A stretch of 48,847 bases of DNA from Chiloscyllium plagiosum (GCF_004010195.1 NC_057719.1:1567736-1616582); one strand, 5' to 3'. Counted from the stretch's first letter, positions 10,120-23,934 are shown. The notes: generated by a model from the sequence alone, not told the origin. Numbers and translations: made by a program.

Positions 10120-11390
10120 CTTTTCATGGGAGGTCATGTCTGATCAACTTCACTGAATTTTTCAAAGAGAGGACCAGGTGTACAGGTGAAGGAATGCAAT
10201 TGATGTAGTCTACTTGCAGTTCAGCAAGGCTTTTGATGAGGTCTCGATTGGGAGACTGATAGCAAAGAAAAGAGCCCCTGGGGTTCAAGGAAATTTGGCT
10301 AATTCAATCTGTTATTGGCTGACTGGCAGGAAGCAGAGGATAATGGTTGGAGGGTGATGTTGTGATTGGAAGCCTGTTGAATGTAGGTGGGTTAATCAGT
10401 AAGTTCACAGATGATATGTAAATAGGTGAGTGGTAAATGGAGAGGAGGTTAGCCTTATTATAGGAGGGTATAGATGGGCTGGTCAGATGGGCTGATCCGT
10501 GGCAAATGGAATTCAATCCAGATAAATGTGAGGTGATAAAATTGGGTTAGACAACAAGGCAAGGAAATACAGGGTACATGATGAATGGTAGGACAGTGGA
10601 AAGTGTAGAGGATCAGAGGGACCTTGGTGCATGTCCATGTTCACTGGCCCCTTATGGTAGCAGGACAGATGGGTAAAGTGGAGAAAGTGAGGACTGCAGA
10701 TGCTGGAGATCAGAGCTGAAAATGTGTTGCTGGAAAAGCGCAGCAGGTCAGGCAGCATCCAAGGAACAGGAGAATCGACGTTTTGGGCATAAGCCCTTCT
10801 TCAGGAAGGGCTTCCTGAAGAAGGGTTTATGCCCGAAACGTCAATTCTCCTGTTCCTTGGATGCTGCCTGACCTGCTACGCTTTTCCAGCAACACATTTT
10901 CAGCTCAGATGGGTAAAGTGGTTAAGAAGCCATTCAGGACACTTGCCTTTATTAGATGAGGCATCGGGTTTAAGGGCAAGGAGGTAATGCTGGAACTGTA
11001 TTAGACCATAGCTCGAGTATTGTGTTCTGTAATCAATGTTTGTGTTGTATAAAATAGATAGGGTAAACAGGAAGAAATCTTTCTCCTTGATGGAAGGATC
11101 AATGAACAGGGGGCATCGCTTTAAGATAAGGGCAGGAGGTTTAGGGGAGATGTGAGGAAAAACGTTGTCACCCAGAGGGTGGTGGGAGCAACCCTCTGCC
11201 TTGACCAGCCTTACACTGCCTGTAAGGCTGGTCAAGGCAGAAACCTCAAAACATAAGTATTTAGATCTACATCTGCAATGTCAATCATGTAAGTGCAGGG
11301 GAATGGAATGAGAATAGTTAGAGGGTTACATCTGACTGGTGTGGACACAGTGGGCCAAAGAGCCTTTTTTTGTAGATCTCTACGACTCGG
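10120..11390 (+). mobile_element. Decayed CR1 LINE fragment interrupted at 10682-10905
   Basis: Remnant RT and C-terminal segments (AGCAAGGCTTTTGATGAGGT, GGCAAATGGAATTCAATCCAGATAAATGTGAGG) and a 3' tail. Confidence 0.8.
10682..10905. mobile_element. Fold-back PLE element (family A) with hammerhead motifs on both strands
   Basis: 95-bp inverted arms 10714-10808 and 10811-10905. Perfect 16-bp TSD CAGATGGGTAAAGTGG at 10666-10681 and 10906-10921. Confidence 0.92.
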
Positions 11391-12221
11391 TGATTTTGCT
11401 ATCATTCCTGGATCAGCCAAGATTGCACCAAATATCCCTGTCAGTGGCCCCACTAATTTCTCGTTAAATATTCAACAACTTGATTATTTATTTTATGTCC
11501 TTGACTGTTTAAAAATAGAATGTTTAGACAATGTTTAAACCTAACACTATATGGCTATTGAACTGGTCAAAGAATAGTTTCCCATGATGTTCCTGATGAG
11601 ACTATACTATGACAGAGATGTTGTGTATAGTGCACTTAAAGTGATGAGGCCAGGCACTGAACAGTGCAGCAATGTTGCTGTAGTAGATTGTTGTCTTATT
11701 TTCCACTCTATTTCATGTCCTTGCTGTGTTGCATTTGATGCCTATGTGCCAAAGCTACTCTGGATCTTTCTAAGGTAACAGATTGCAAACCTCAACAAGG
11801 ACTTTTCAAGCGTTTAAAAAAAGCTGTCATGTAGTTTCTTGGAGATGGGACGGGTGGACACCACTGGTCTGGTGTAAGGGTTGAGTGTGGCAAATGCAAA
11901 TGGGGAAGAGGCCACGGTTTCAGTTCCCAAGCTGATGTTTGTAGAGGTGCCCATGACAGTGAATGGAGCTGCTGTGTCATAAAGGGAGCTCCTCCTGGAC
12001 TGTAACGTTGTTAGAGTGGCTGTGGGAAGGAAACACATGGGAATGGTGCTTCACTGTAAGACCCAGTGAATTTCATATTCAAGGGTGACAGGTACTTAGT
12101 GATTCTTCTCCATAATGTCCAACATTAAACACTCCCTTCACATCTCCAGAGGTTGTTTCGGCTCAGTTATCGCTGACTCCCTCTCAGAATAAGTCAGGTA
12201 TTTCCTTCACTGAAGATGATT

Positions 12222-12522
12222 GGGCAGCAGTGGTTAGCATTACTGCCACTGAGTGCCAGGGACCAGGGTTCAATTCCAGCCTTGAGTGACTCTGGAGTTT
12301 GCATTTCTCCCCATGTCTGAGTGCATTTTCTCCAGGTGCTCTGTTTTCCTCCCACAGTCTAACTGTGCAGATTCAGTGGATTGGCCACGCTAAGTTGCCC
12401 ATAGACTGAAGTTGTGTAGGTTAGGTGGACTTGCCATGGTTAATGTGAGGTTACTGGGATAGGATTGTGGTCAGTGTGGACTTGATGGGTTGAATGGCCT
12501 TCTTCCACACAGTAGGGATTCT
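12222..12522 (+). mobile_element. HE1-type SINE, diverged
   Basis: GGGTTCAATTCC B box, GGAGTTTGCATTTCTCCCC core and CR1-like tail. Confidence 0.8.
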
Positions 12523-12689
12523 AATCAATGATTATGTTCTGTGTATTACAGTTGCACAGATATCTACCACACTCCTGTCCCTAGAAAAAGTGGTCACTCT
12601 TAAGGTGTAAGCTCAAATATTGAATATTAGCAGGCTGTTTGATCATGTACGCCACATTCCTCACCCAAAGGCCATCTATACTGTAGTGG

Positions 12690-14680
12690 AACATAGAAGA
12701 CAGAACAGTACAGCACAGTACAGGCTGCTTGGCCCTTGATGTTGTGCTAACCTTTTATCCTGTTCTAAGATCAAACTAACCTACATACCCTTCATTGTAC
12801 TATCATCCATGTGGCTATCCAAGAGTCGCTTAAATGTCCCTAATGTCTCTGACGCTACTACCACTGCTGGCAGTGCATTCCATGCACCCACCACTGTCTA
12901 AGTAAAGAACCTATCTTTGACATCTCCCGGAAACCTTCCTTCAATTACCTTAAAATTATGCCCCGTCATGATAATCATTTCCACCCTGGGAAAATGTCTC
13001 TGACTATTCACTCTATCTATGCCTCTCATCATCTTGTACACCCCTAGCAAGTCGCCTCTCATCTTTCTTAGCTCCAATGAGAAAAGCCTGAACTCCCTCA
13101 TCCTTTCTTCATAAGACATGCCCTCCAATCCAGGCAGCTTCCTGGTAAATCTCCTCTGCACCCTCTCTAAAGCTTCTACATCATTTTTATAATGAGGCGA
13201 TCAGAACTGAATGCAATATTCCAATGCAATATTCTAATGAAGGCCAACCCACCGTACACATTCTTCACAACCCTATTACTTGGGTGGCAACTTTGAGGGA
13301 TCTATGGACGTGGACTTCAAGATCCCGCTGTTCCTTCAGACTGTCTTTAACCCTGTATTCTGCATTCAAATTTGACCTTCCAAAATTAATCACTTCACAC
13401 TTTTCCAGGTTGAGCTCCATCTGCCACTTCTCAGCCTAGCTCTGCATCCTGTCAATGTCCCGTTGCAATCTACAACAGCCCTCCACACTATCCACAACTC
13501 CACCAACCTTAGTGCCATCGGCAGACTTACTAACCCACTCTTACACTTCCTCATCCAAGTAATTTATAAAAATCACAAAGAGCAGAGGTCCCAGAACAGA
13601 TCCCTGCGGAACGCCAGTGGTTACTGAGCTCCAGGCTGAATATTTTCCATCTACCACCACTCAGCCAGATTTCCCTGTATCCCATGCCTCCTTGCTTTCT
13701 GAATGAATCTACCATGGGGAGCCTTATCAAAGGCCTTGCTAAAATCCATATACACCACATCCATGCTCTACCCTCATCAATGTGTTTCATCACATCCTCA
13801 AAGAATTTAATAAGGTTTGTGAGGCATGACTTGCCCCTCATAAAGCCATGCTGACTATCTCTAATCAAACTGTGGTTTTCCAAGTAATCATAAATCCTGT
13901 CTCTCAGAATCCTCTCCAATATTTTGCCCACCACCGACATAAGACGATTATACATGTTCCCTTTTTTGAACAAGGGAATAACATTTGCCACCCTCTAATC
14001 ATCTGGCACTACTCCAGTGGACAGTGAGGATGCAAAGATCATTGCCAAAGGCACAGCAGTCTCTTCCCTTACTTCCTTTAGTAGTCTTGGGTATCTCCCG
14101 TCTGACCCAGTGGACTTATCTATCCTCATGTTTTTCAAAATTTCCCGCACATCCCTCTCCTTAACATCAACCTGCATGAGCGTATCAGCCTGTTTCACGC
14201 TGTCCTCACAAACGACAAAGTCCCTCTCAGTAGTGAATACTGAAGCAAAGTATTCATTAAGGACCTCCCCTACTTCCTCTGACTCCAGGCAGAAGTTCCC
14301 TCCACTACCCCTGATCGGCCCTACCGTCACTCTGGCCAACCTCTTGTTCCTCACATAAGTGTAGAACGCCTTTGGGTTTTCCTTAATCTTATCCACAAAG
14401 GCTTTTTCATGCTTCCTTCTAGCTCTCTTCAGTTCATTCTTCAGTTCCTTCCTGGCTACCTTGTAACCCACTAGAACCCTGTCTGATCCTTGCCTCCTCA
14501 ACCTTAAGTAAGCTTCCTTCTTCCTCTTGACTAGATATTCCACATCTCTTGTCACCCAAGGTCCCTTCACCTTGCCTCAGTGGGACAAAGCTGTGCAGCA
14601 TTCACAGCAAGTGCTGCCTAAATAACCTGCACATTCGTGTCAGGCATTTCCCTGTGAACATCTGCTTCCAATTTATGCTG
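12690..14680 (-). mobile_element. CR1 LINE ORF2 fragment with 3' end
   Basis: ORFs 13995..14570, 13551..13991 and 12898..13161 carry CR1 motifs (KENPKAFYTYV, SQHGFMRGKSCLTNLIKFF, QRRFTRKLPGL). Confidence 0.92.
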
Positions 14681-14869
14681 CACAGTAATGCCTCTCATAC
14701 CCTTTTCTTTAATACTTCATCAATTTGTGATCTAGACTACCTATTGGAGTGGTCATTTTAGCTAGTTACTGAATGTAGGAAAAATTAAGTTGTTGAGTCT
14801 TTGCAGCACAGCGGAAACTATTTGGTCTTTCAAGACCTTGCTGGCTCTTCGAAGAGAAATTACTCCCAT

Positions 14870-15570
14870 TCATAGAATCATACAGCACGGAAACAGACCC
14901 TTCACTCCAACTTGTCTATGCTGACAAGGTCCTCCTTGCTTGCATTTAGTCCATACCCCTGTAAATCGTTCCTATTCATTTACCTCTCCAAACGTCTTTT
15001 AAATGTAACTGTACCTGCATTTACCACTTTGTTAGGCAGTTCATGCCACATATGAGCCACCCTCTGTGTGAAGAAGTTGTCTCTCAGGTCTCTTAAATCT
15101 TTCTCCACTTACCTTAAAATTACTTCCTGTATCCTAGGGAAAAGACATTTGCTATTCCCCTTGACGATGCCCCTCATGATTTTTATAAACCTCTCTAAGG
15201 TCACCCCTCAGCCTCCTATGCTGCAGAGAAAAAGTCCCAGACTATCCAGCCTATCCTTATAACTGAAATCCTCCAGTCCTGGTAACATCCTTGTAAATCT
15301 TTTCTGCACTCTCTCCAATTTAATAATATCTTTCCTATGGCAGGGTGACCAGAACGGTACACTGTACTCCAAAGGTGGCCTCACCAACATTCTGTACAAT
15401 TGCAACATGATGTCCCAACTCCTGTATTCAGTGCTCTGACTGATGAAGGCAAGTGTGCCACATTCCTCCTTTACCACCCTGTCTACCTGTGACACAACTG
15501 TGACATAACCTGGGATTGTGTGATCCAGCACCTTCACATCACATCTTTCAAGGAACTAAAAACCTGAACC
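14870..15570 (-). mobile_element. CR1 LINE 3' fragment
   Basis: LVRPPLEYSVPFWSP...LERVQKRFTRMLPGL motif. Confidence 0.88.
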
Positions 15571-16209
15571 CCTTCCCCTAATTGTTTCCTTCGCCCCACA
15601 AGTGCCCATTCAGTTTCCTTTGAAGTAGTTCATTTAACTTTGACAGCAGCCAGTTCCAAGTTACTCCCACTTGCTGCATTAAAACAAAGGTCGTCTTTGA
15701 CTTTCACTCCCCCCATCCCCCAACACACCCAAAGCTTAAATCTGTGTTCCCTAGCCTTTGTTGCAACAGCTAACGAGAACAATTTTTGTTTGCTTTATCT
15801 AAACGTGTCATAATCTTATATGCCCCTATCAAATTCCGCCTCGATCTGCTTTACTCCAAATTGTGGGTGGGGGGGTGCAGGGTGCAGGGTGCAGTGATGC
15901 TGTTGGAACAGCAGCCCATAAGCTGAGGACCTGATTTGTTTTTGTTTTTGCGGAGTGGCGGTGGAGGAGAGGTTTGTTGTCGATGGTGGATACACAAAGT
16001 GCTTTACAGCAGGGATGCATCGCATGAGGTCAGGGTCTCCTGCACAGAGATGACCATTTGGCCCCTTCCTACTCCTTTGTGGCAGCTGGTTATTCAAACG
16101 TGTCAGCAAACATTCAAACGCTAAAAACAGCTGAGGCCACTTTTCCAAGTGAAGAGGATAGAGGAAGTATAGTTTAAAAGTTCAAGTTTATTGTATTAAA
16201 TCTTGTTAA

Positions 16210-16299
<90 letters not shown>

Positions 16300-16984
16300 T
16301 AACCAATAATTCCTTTCACACACTGTAATTAATGAGTACACCAATGTTTGTTTTTCATCAGTAACAGTGAACACAGCCGATGTTGGTTGTATAAACCCGC
16401 CATTGTGTAAGGGCGAACTCTTCCAGTTATAACTTCTTACTCTTTTTATTCTTAAACTATTCAAAATGGTACCAGACTGTGGTGACAGTTGAACCTTTCA
16501 CTGTATTTTACAGTATTATTCACTGTAAAATGCAAGTGACAATAAATCAATTCACTGTTCCTGAGCCTAGATAAGCAGATTTTTTTTTGTGGGGGGTGGG
16601 GGGATCTTGGGTAATCAGGAGATATGGGAAGATGCCAGTGCAGGAAAGTTCGGTTGTAATGATGCAGCAGACTCAAAGTCATGTGGTCAACTCCTACTCC
16701 AATTTCTTGTGTGCCGTACAGTTCGAGAAGATTCAATCCCCGAAGTCTGTGCCGAGTTAGCTGATCTTTGCCAGAGGCAGTGGAAAGAATGCTGCAGATA
16801 GTAGTGGGGGAAAGGTTTGTTCTCTGGTGCTTTCTGCTGAATGTTCACTATTGAACAGTGGCCACATATGAAGACCCAAACATCAGCAAACGTGTAGGTC
16901 TGTGAAGCACCTGAAAGGTGGGATAAATTTGTAGGGAGAATGGTAATTGGTCATCTTGACCTTGCAGGGCATTGAAAAGAAAGG

Positions 16985-17310
16985 ACTTACATTTTTATAG
17001 TGACTTTCGTGATCTTTGAATCCCAAAGTGCTTTACTATTAGTGAAAAATGTTTGAAATACATACACTGTGGTAATGTAAGGAATGTGGCAGCCAATTTG
17101 ATTGCAAGCTCTCTCAAACAGCAATGTGAGAATGACCAGATAATCTGTTTTTGTGATATTGATTGAGATAAATATCCGATTAACACCCCTGCTGTTATTT
17201 GAAGTAATGCTGAAGAATCTTTTATGTCCACTTGAATGGAGTGCTGTTTTCATGTCTGATCTGAAAGATGCTGTCTCTGACAGTGCAGCTTTCCCTTAGT
17301 ACTGAATGGA
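16985..17310 (-). mobile_element. DeuSINE/SacSINE-like SINE
   Basis: Reverse complement has ACAGATTATCTGGTCATT..CATTGCTGTTTG..AAATTGGCTGCC (Deu core) and an L2-like tail. Confidence 0.75.
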
Positions 17311-17639
17311 GATAAGAAGGGCAGGGGCAAGGAATCTGCTCAAAGTCCTAGCTGGAACAAGAGGAATCTCATAATGGCTTGGATTTGTATAGGAATAAAG
17401 TACCACTGGACCAGGTTTATGCTGATTTACTGGTTGCAGATCGAGGAGCAAATTATCCTAATTTCCTGCTCCTAAGTGCTTTTGAGTGATTTACACTGAA
17501 AGCAAGGCAGTTTGTTTTAAATATTAATTCACAGGATGTCTGGCAAGGTCAGTATTTATTGGCTATCTCGAATTGTGCCTCTGCTACATCCAAAATGATT
17601 TGATGGGTCATTTCAGAATCAGATTGAGTCAACTACATG

Positions 17640-18410
17640 TCATAGAGTTATAGAGATGTACAGCATGGAAACAGACCCTTCGGTCCAAGCTGTCCATTGC
17701 TGACCAGATATCCCAACCCAATCTAGTCCCACCTGCCAGCACCCGGCCCATATCCCTCCAAACCCTTCCTATTGATATACCCATCCAAATGCCTCTTAAA
17801 TGTTGCAATTGTACCAGCCTCCACCACTTCCTCTGGCAGCTCATTCCATACACGTACCACCCTCTGTGTGAAAATGTTGCCCCTTAGGTCTCTTTTATAT
17901 CTTTCCCCTCTCGTCCTAAACCTATGCCCTCTAGTTCTGGACTCCCCGACCCCAGGGAGTCTATTTATTCTATCCATGCCCCTCATAATTTTGTAAACCT
18001 CTATAAGGTCACCCCTTAGCCTCCGACGCTCTAGGGAAACAGCCCCAGCCTGTTCAGCCTCTCCCTATAGCTCAAATCCTCCAACCCTGGCAACATCCTT
18101 GTAAATCTTTTCTGAACCCTTTCAAGTTTCACAACATCTTTCCAATAGGAAGGAGACCAGAATTGCACGCAATATTCCAAGTGGCCGAACCAATGTCCTG
18201 TACAGCCGCAACATGACCTCCCAACTCCTGTATTCTGGATCAGTGGTGCTGGAAGAGCACAGCAGTTCAGGCAGCATCCAACGAGCAGCGAAATCGCTGC
18301 TCATTGGATGCTGCCTGAACTGCTGTGCTCTTCCAGCATCACTGATCCAGAATCTGGTTTCCAGCATCTGCAGTCATTGTTTTTACCTCCCAACTCCTGT
18401 ACTCAATGGA
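17640..18410 (-). mobile_element. CR1 LINE 3' fragment interrupted at 18233-18384
   Basis: FTQRVVRVWNELPEEVVEAGTIATFKRHLD motif and 3' tail. Confidence 0.9.
18233..18384. mobile_element. Fold-back PLE element (family A variant) lacking the hammerhead
   Basis: 60-bp arms 18232-18291 and 18294-18353. Perfect 17-bp TSD ACCTCCCAACTCCTGTA at 18216-18232 and 18385-18401. Confidence 0.88.
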
Positions 18411-20214
18411 GTCTTATTTAGGCCAGGCTGTGGAAGGATGGCTGATTGCCTTATCTAAAGGTTATGAGTAAACCAGATGGTTTAACAATTTGGTAATTGT
18501 ATGGTCATTATTATTAACTGAGATTTTTAAAATTCCAGCTTTATTTAATTAACAACATACGGATTTCCCAGCTGCCATAATAGCTCTGAACCATTAGTCT
18601 AGATCTCTGAATTACTAATTCAGTGATACAACCATTCCACTACTCCTGTAAACTTGAGTGTTGCCTTCTGTGATTGAATATGCTTCAAGGGGAAATAGTG
18701 AAATCAGATGTTATGTAGATTATGTGCACTTCCTAGTAGTGAGCTCAGTGACCTGAAGGATGAACAAGGTTAGCCACCCGTAATGCTTCACTGGTTGCAA
18801 TGTGACTTTGGTTGTAGCAATCCTTAGTGTCTGTTGGGATTCACATACGACTGGCTTGCTATTCCAGCTGACCCTGTGTTTGATTCAGTCAAGTTCAGAA
18901 TGTGACTTGGAGAGAGACTTGGAGAATCAGAATTTGAAATAAGTGTTAAGAGATCGAGAGCCAATGTGGCTCAGCAAAGACAGATGGTGAGTTGATAGGA
19001 ATTTGTGTGATTTTGGTGCAAGTGGAGAGTTTTAGATAGTTAAATTTCACAAGGTGAGAAATAAAAGAGAGAAGGTGAGAAATAAAACATCATCAAGGAG
19101 AGTATTGGAATGATTGAGTCTGGAGTAAAGTCATGGATGTTGGTTTCAACAGCAGATAAGCGGAGGTGGGGAAGGACAGTATAGAAATCGTATTTGTTCC
19201 CATTGAGATGCAGAGTGTATGAGATATAGTTTGACCAGAGATAGTGACTGAGGAAGAGGTTAGAACAGGTTCCAAGGGTAATAAATGTGTGACCATGACC
19301 AATTATGCTTTCTCAGTCTTGTCCAGAACCAAACGTTGGAAGAAACCAGACAGTCCAGAGGTGTGGGTTGTGAGAGCTGGTGTAATGTTAAGACCTGTGG
19401 GACTGAGATGAGATGAGATGGATTAGAAGCTCTAATGCAACTGAATTTGATCACCTCCACACAAGCATTTTCCAACAGGGTCACTGGCTGATTAGCTGGA
19501 GCCTTAGCTGTAGCCACTTGCATGGCTGAACAGCAGAGTTCTGGTTGGAGGTTAACCAGCTCGTCACAGACCGGGAAGAGAACCTTCGTGTGTGCTGTTA
19601 ACGCTTCACCCCTTTGGAAAATACAATCCATCTTCCACAACAATAGTCATGATGTAAGGATGAGTGTCTGCTGTAATAACCAAATTCTATCCTGGCACTC
19701 GTCCAAGGTTGGGAAATAGTAACTTCTTTGAACTGAGGTGAGTGCAAACAGAACTTTTGGGGGAAAATAATTTGTTGGTCTGTTTTTGATTTTTGTGATT
19801 GACAAGGGAAACTGAAGGTTGCGACTGGTGGAAAAAACAGGTCTTTTTATTTTTGATTTAAATCTCCAGACAAGGAAACTGTTCAGTTAGGTCACATTTG
19901 CTTTTCTGCTTGGGCCCCTATAAAGAATAGTGCTGGCCCTGTCTGATATTATGTGGACACTGAGAATTCAGGCCTTTGTATCGCTGATTGTTGTCTGTGG
20001 TAAAACAGCTGCACAAAACTTTACTGTTGAAAGCTACCTTATTACATAAATACAAGAGATAAAAGTACAGAAAGGATTGCTAGACACAGATCTAGAAAGA
20101 AAGAAACATATACAGAGTAAGGTAGAATGAGAAGCTGAGAGAGACTGCAAGGACACAGATAATATTTATAAATTCTGGAATGAGCCCTTTTCATTAACTG
20201 CCAGCAATAGTCAG

Positions 20215-20636
20215 GATTTGGGTGTACAAAGTTAAAAATCACACAACACCAGGTTAACTCTGTTATCTCACTTTTTAGATTAGAATCAATCTAAACATCA
20301 GGTCATAGACAGAGAACACAGGGGGCTAACACCTTCAACATATTGTCTAGCTATCACCATTGTTAACCCGAGAATGCAACTTTTTAAAAAAGGGTTTTGT
20401 GATTTACACATGAAAGAAGTGAAACTATCACTGTATTCTAACAGATGAAAGGCTTAACAGTAAATCAATTTTTCAATGTATAATTTCAGTTACATCACAC
20501 TGCAAATTTTTGCTATAAATTCTGTGTTATGATCGAGCCCTCCACAATCACCTGATGAAGGAGCGTCACTCCGAAAGCTAGTGTGCTTCCAATTAAACCT
20601 GTTGGACTATAACCTGGTGTTGTGTGATTTTTAACT
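20215..20636 (+). mobile_element. PLE terminal repeat (family B) with a short inverted 5' copy
   Basis: ~20230-20256 is the inverse of ~20610-20636. 13-bp TSD CAG(C/T)AATAGTCAG at 20202-20214 and 20637-20649. Confidence 0.82.
20549..20583 (+). ncRNA. Minimal type I hammerhead ribozyme motif, apparently intact
   Basis: CAC-CUGAUGA-A-GGAG(CGUCA)CUCC-GAAA-GC-UA-GUG: stem I CAC/GUG, stem II GGAG/CUCC, palindromic AGCU stem III. Predicted cleavage after A20580. Activity not shown. Confidence 0.75.
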
Positions 20637-23600
20637 CAGTAATAGTCAGTGCATTGATGTTGATAGTGGATTTTTAAATGACGTAGCTTGTGTATTGTGG
20701 GTATGTGAGGAGATGATGGGTCAAAGTGTATTTGTGATAGCATTTTTAAAAAAAGTAATTATTATGTTGTCATTACTTTCCTGCTGTGAACTTAATGGCA
20801 GTTGTCCATGGCCCTTCATTAAATGGTAGATCACAAGTGGGTGTGAATGGGTTACTGTTTAAGGAGAGTAACACAAACAAGCTTAGTCCCTTGCATGTAT
20901 TTTCAGTCGGAGTTGATGAGGTAATCAGTGGAATATTCATCTTGTGTCTGTCTTTTCCCAATTATAGTCATTTATGTACTTTTATTTTGTAGGATCTGTC
21001 ATCCATTTCTGTATGTACAAATGCACACATGCCCCTCTTTATCCTGTGTTGGATGTTTTGCCTCACTTTCTTGTGCTTACTAAGTGACTGTCTTCCTTTT
21101 GATTTGTTTGTATCTGTTCCCTTTTCTAAATTTTGTGGTAATGTTAGAACAGTATAAAGCATTATTTTGGCCACATCTAGAGTACAGTACACAGTTTCGG
21201 TGACCACATTAGGGAAATGATGTAATTGAAACTGACGGAGAATTTTAACTATGAGGAACGATTGGTTAGGCTTGGATTTTCTTTGCATTTGAGAAAGCTA
21301 AGGGAAAATTTTGAGATGCATAAAATTATGGAAAGTGGATAGGAAGGACCTATTCCTCTTGCAGGTTACTAAGCAGGGAGCATGGACGTAAAGCTATTGG
21401 CTGAAAGATTAGAGAGGCCCAGAGGTAAATTTTGCAGGGACTTTTCACTTAGATTGGAGTTAGTGTCTGGAAATCACCAAAAAGATTGGTACAGACTGAA
21501 CCTATTACCATATTCTACCTCCTCTCTCCTCACTGCATCGCTGTGTCCTGCTTGGTGTCTTGTTTTATCAGAAATCTTTACTCTATTCTGAAAATGTTGG
21601 GGGAGGGGTCTGTAGAGTTTATATTTTGGTTAAATACTGTGTACATACTAAAAATTGAGTGTTGATTTGCCACACGCTGTCTTGAGGGAGCTGTGTAAAT
21701 TGTGCATTGTAATGAAAAGCTTTTCACATGTGTAAGTGATGTATTGTTGAAAGGCATTGTTGGCACACAATACAAATGTTGTTCAGTTCAGTGGAAGTAT
21801 TGCACGTCTGTCGGTGGTTTCACATTTAACGTAAAAAGCCAAGAACATCTGGGCCTCGAAATAATGATAAGGTGAAAATGTATTTATCTCCTTGGTCCAT
21901 TTAATATACAGCATTGTTTCTCTGCTTTCAACTGGTTTATTGCTGTCTGTTTTAATACCTTTAATTCCCTTGTTTGTGTCCCCACTAGCCCAGCAGTTTG
22001 ATAACCTGTTACCAGGTCTCTATATCAGGAGGAGGAGTTGCCACCATGGGCTACATGCTTGTAAAACACAAAGCCATGGTGTATCTTATGCTTACTCCTT
22101 TTTGTCCTAACTGGACTTGACAAACAGACCAGAAATAAATTCCAAACTGCAATTTAAGCCTTTTGGAAACTGCTGGTCTTTATAAAATGAGTGACTATAA
22201 TGCCAAAATGATGCCCATACATCACAAGCATGTGTTTTAACATCAGCCTTCTGCAAAAGGCCACAAGGAGCATCTATATGCATGTATGCTGCTGAGGTCA
22301 CTAGACTGGGGATGACAAAGTGGAAATTCTGGCATTGTCTATGGAATAGATCTGCTTGGCTGCTGTTGTGTCACCACTTGGTGCAGTTGCAGTGCTATTG
22401 GGGAGGGCCCCTTCCAGAAGCCAGGACTATTCTTGTATCCCCTTGTTGGGATCCTCCACCTTGTCCAGATGCTAAAGTGCCCGATAAAATGGCTGCCAGT
22501 GCAGCGCTGTGTTCTTGCTCATGCTCACCTGCTGGTTGCATTCACAATAAATGCAGCCTTTACAAGAAGATCCCTTCCCTACAGTTCTAAATCTCACTGC
22601 CTTCCACCAAATCCCTGAAAGATGCATTCATTTCCAAGTGATGGAAGTTTGTCTATCATAGTTTAAGAAGCCCTGCAAAACTAACTTTTACTCAAGGGGC
22701 AGCATAGCAGTAGCAGTGAGAAGAACACTTTTCCGTTTACTTCACTGATAACATTGCACCAACTATGCCATATCTAACCCAAAATAAAGCTCCCTCTGTA
22801 CTTGCGTGCTCTGTTACACCCTAACTTCAGAACAGTGTCGTCTCATTTCCTCTCATACTGCTAGTTTGTGTTGACTGTATGAGCATTCTGCTGCTGGGGC
22901 CAGATGGCTGTGGTCTATGCTGGCATCTAGCCAGACTTTCATCCCATGGACCACTTCAGTTATTAAATGGCATCAACCTGAGCTGCATTTGAACTGTAGG
23001 CCCAGGTGAAGGTGTCAGCTGTGGGATGAGGGGAGCCAGTCATTTAAACTCTCATCTGCCTGAATTTCTGAGGATTGTTCCAAAATATTAAATGGCATTT
23101 TGGCTAGTCCTGCTTTTTGGATTAATATAAACTTTAATGTTTGAATAATGTTATCCCAAAAAGTGCATAGGAGAGGGAAAGGCATTGTGTAACAGTGATA
23201 GTGGCTAGTAATATACACCTCCAGTACCACTCTGGTGATAGTCTCCTAACTGCTTTTAACAATATGGCATTATCCTGTAATCTGTTGGTGGGCTATTACA
23301 CAAGCTCCTGCTTGGTACACTTGACTTGATGGAAGAAAGGAGGGAAATGTTAATAACCACTCAGATTGGCATAGAAGTGGAACTGTTCGGTTTCTAACCT
23401 AGTACATTCAGAAAATTCCAGACCTACACTGAATGAAGTTTCCCGTCTCAACAGTGACCCTCAGATTAAATCACCAGTGCTCCCCATCCCCCCTCTCATT
23501 AGAAGCCCGCTGGTCGTCTGGGACTATAGCAATTTAATGTTTAAATTGAAGTATAGAGTGACAGAGGAACAAAGTGAACACCCTATTCAAATCCGAACCA

Positions 23601-23934
23601 GACAGCACTTTTACAAAAGTCAGTGATGTACAAACTAATAGCTCAATTATATTTGGAACTTGATCATTTTGATCACTGATCTTTTCTGATCCTCTACCTC
23701 CCTAAACTGTAATAAAGACAACTTCAGGATAGAAGATAACCATGTAAAAATCTTTATACTGTACAGTTCATTACTTGCAAGTACACTGGAGGTGTTAAAA
23801 CATTGTCATTCATTGGTCAACTTCAAGCCACTTTAAACAGAACACCTGTACAAAATAGGTACAGCACAAAAAGGAGTGCACTACTGAATACTGCCCAGTG
23901 CAGCGTCAGGAAGTCAAATAACCTTCTAGTCATT

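Noticed and set aside
15863..15892. G-rich tract with GGGTGCA repeats as a functional G-quadruplex near the BRF1 exon
   Set aside because: Only the motif is visible, and such tracts are common.
19100..19460. Possible very old Penelope RT relic (ISMGT-like); a similar relic at ~41030-41240
   Set aside because: Too degenerate to call without a profile search.
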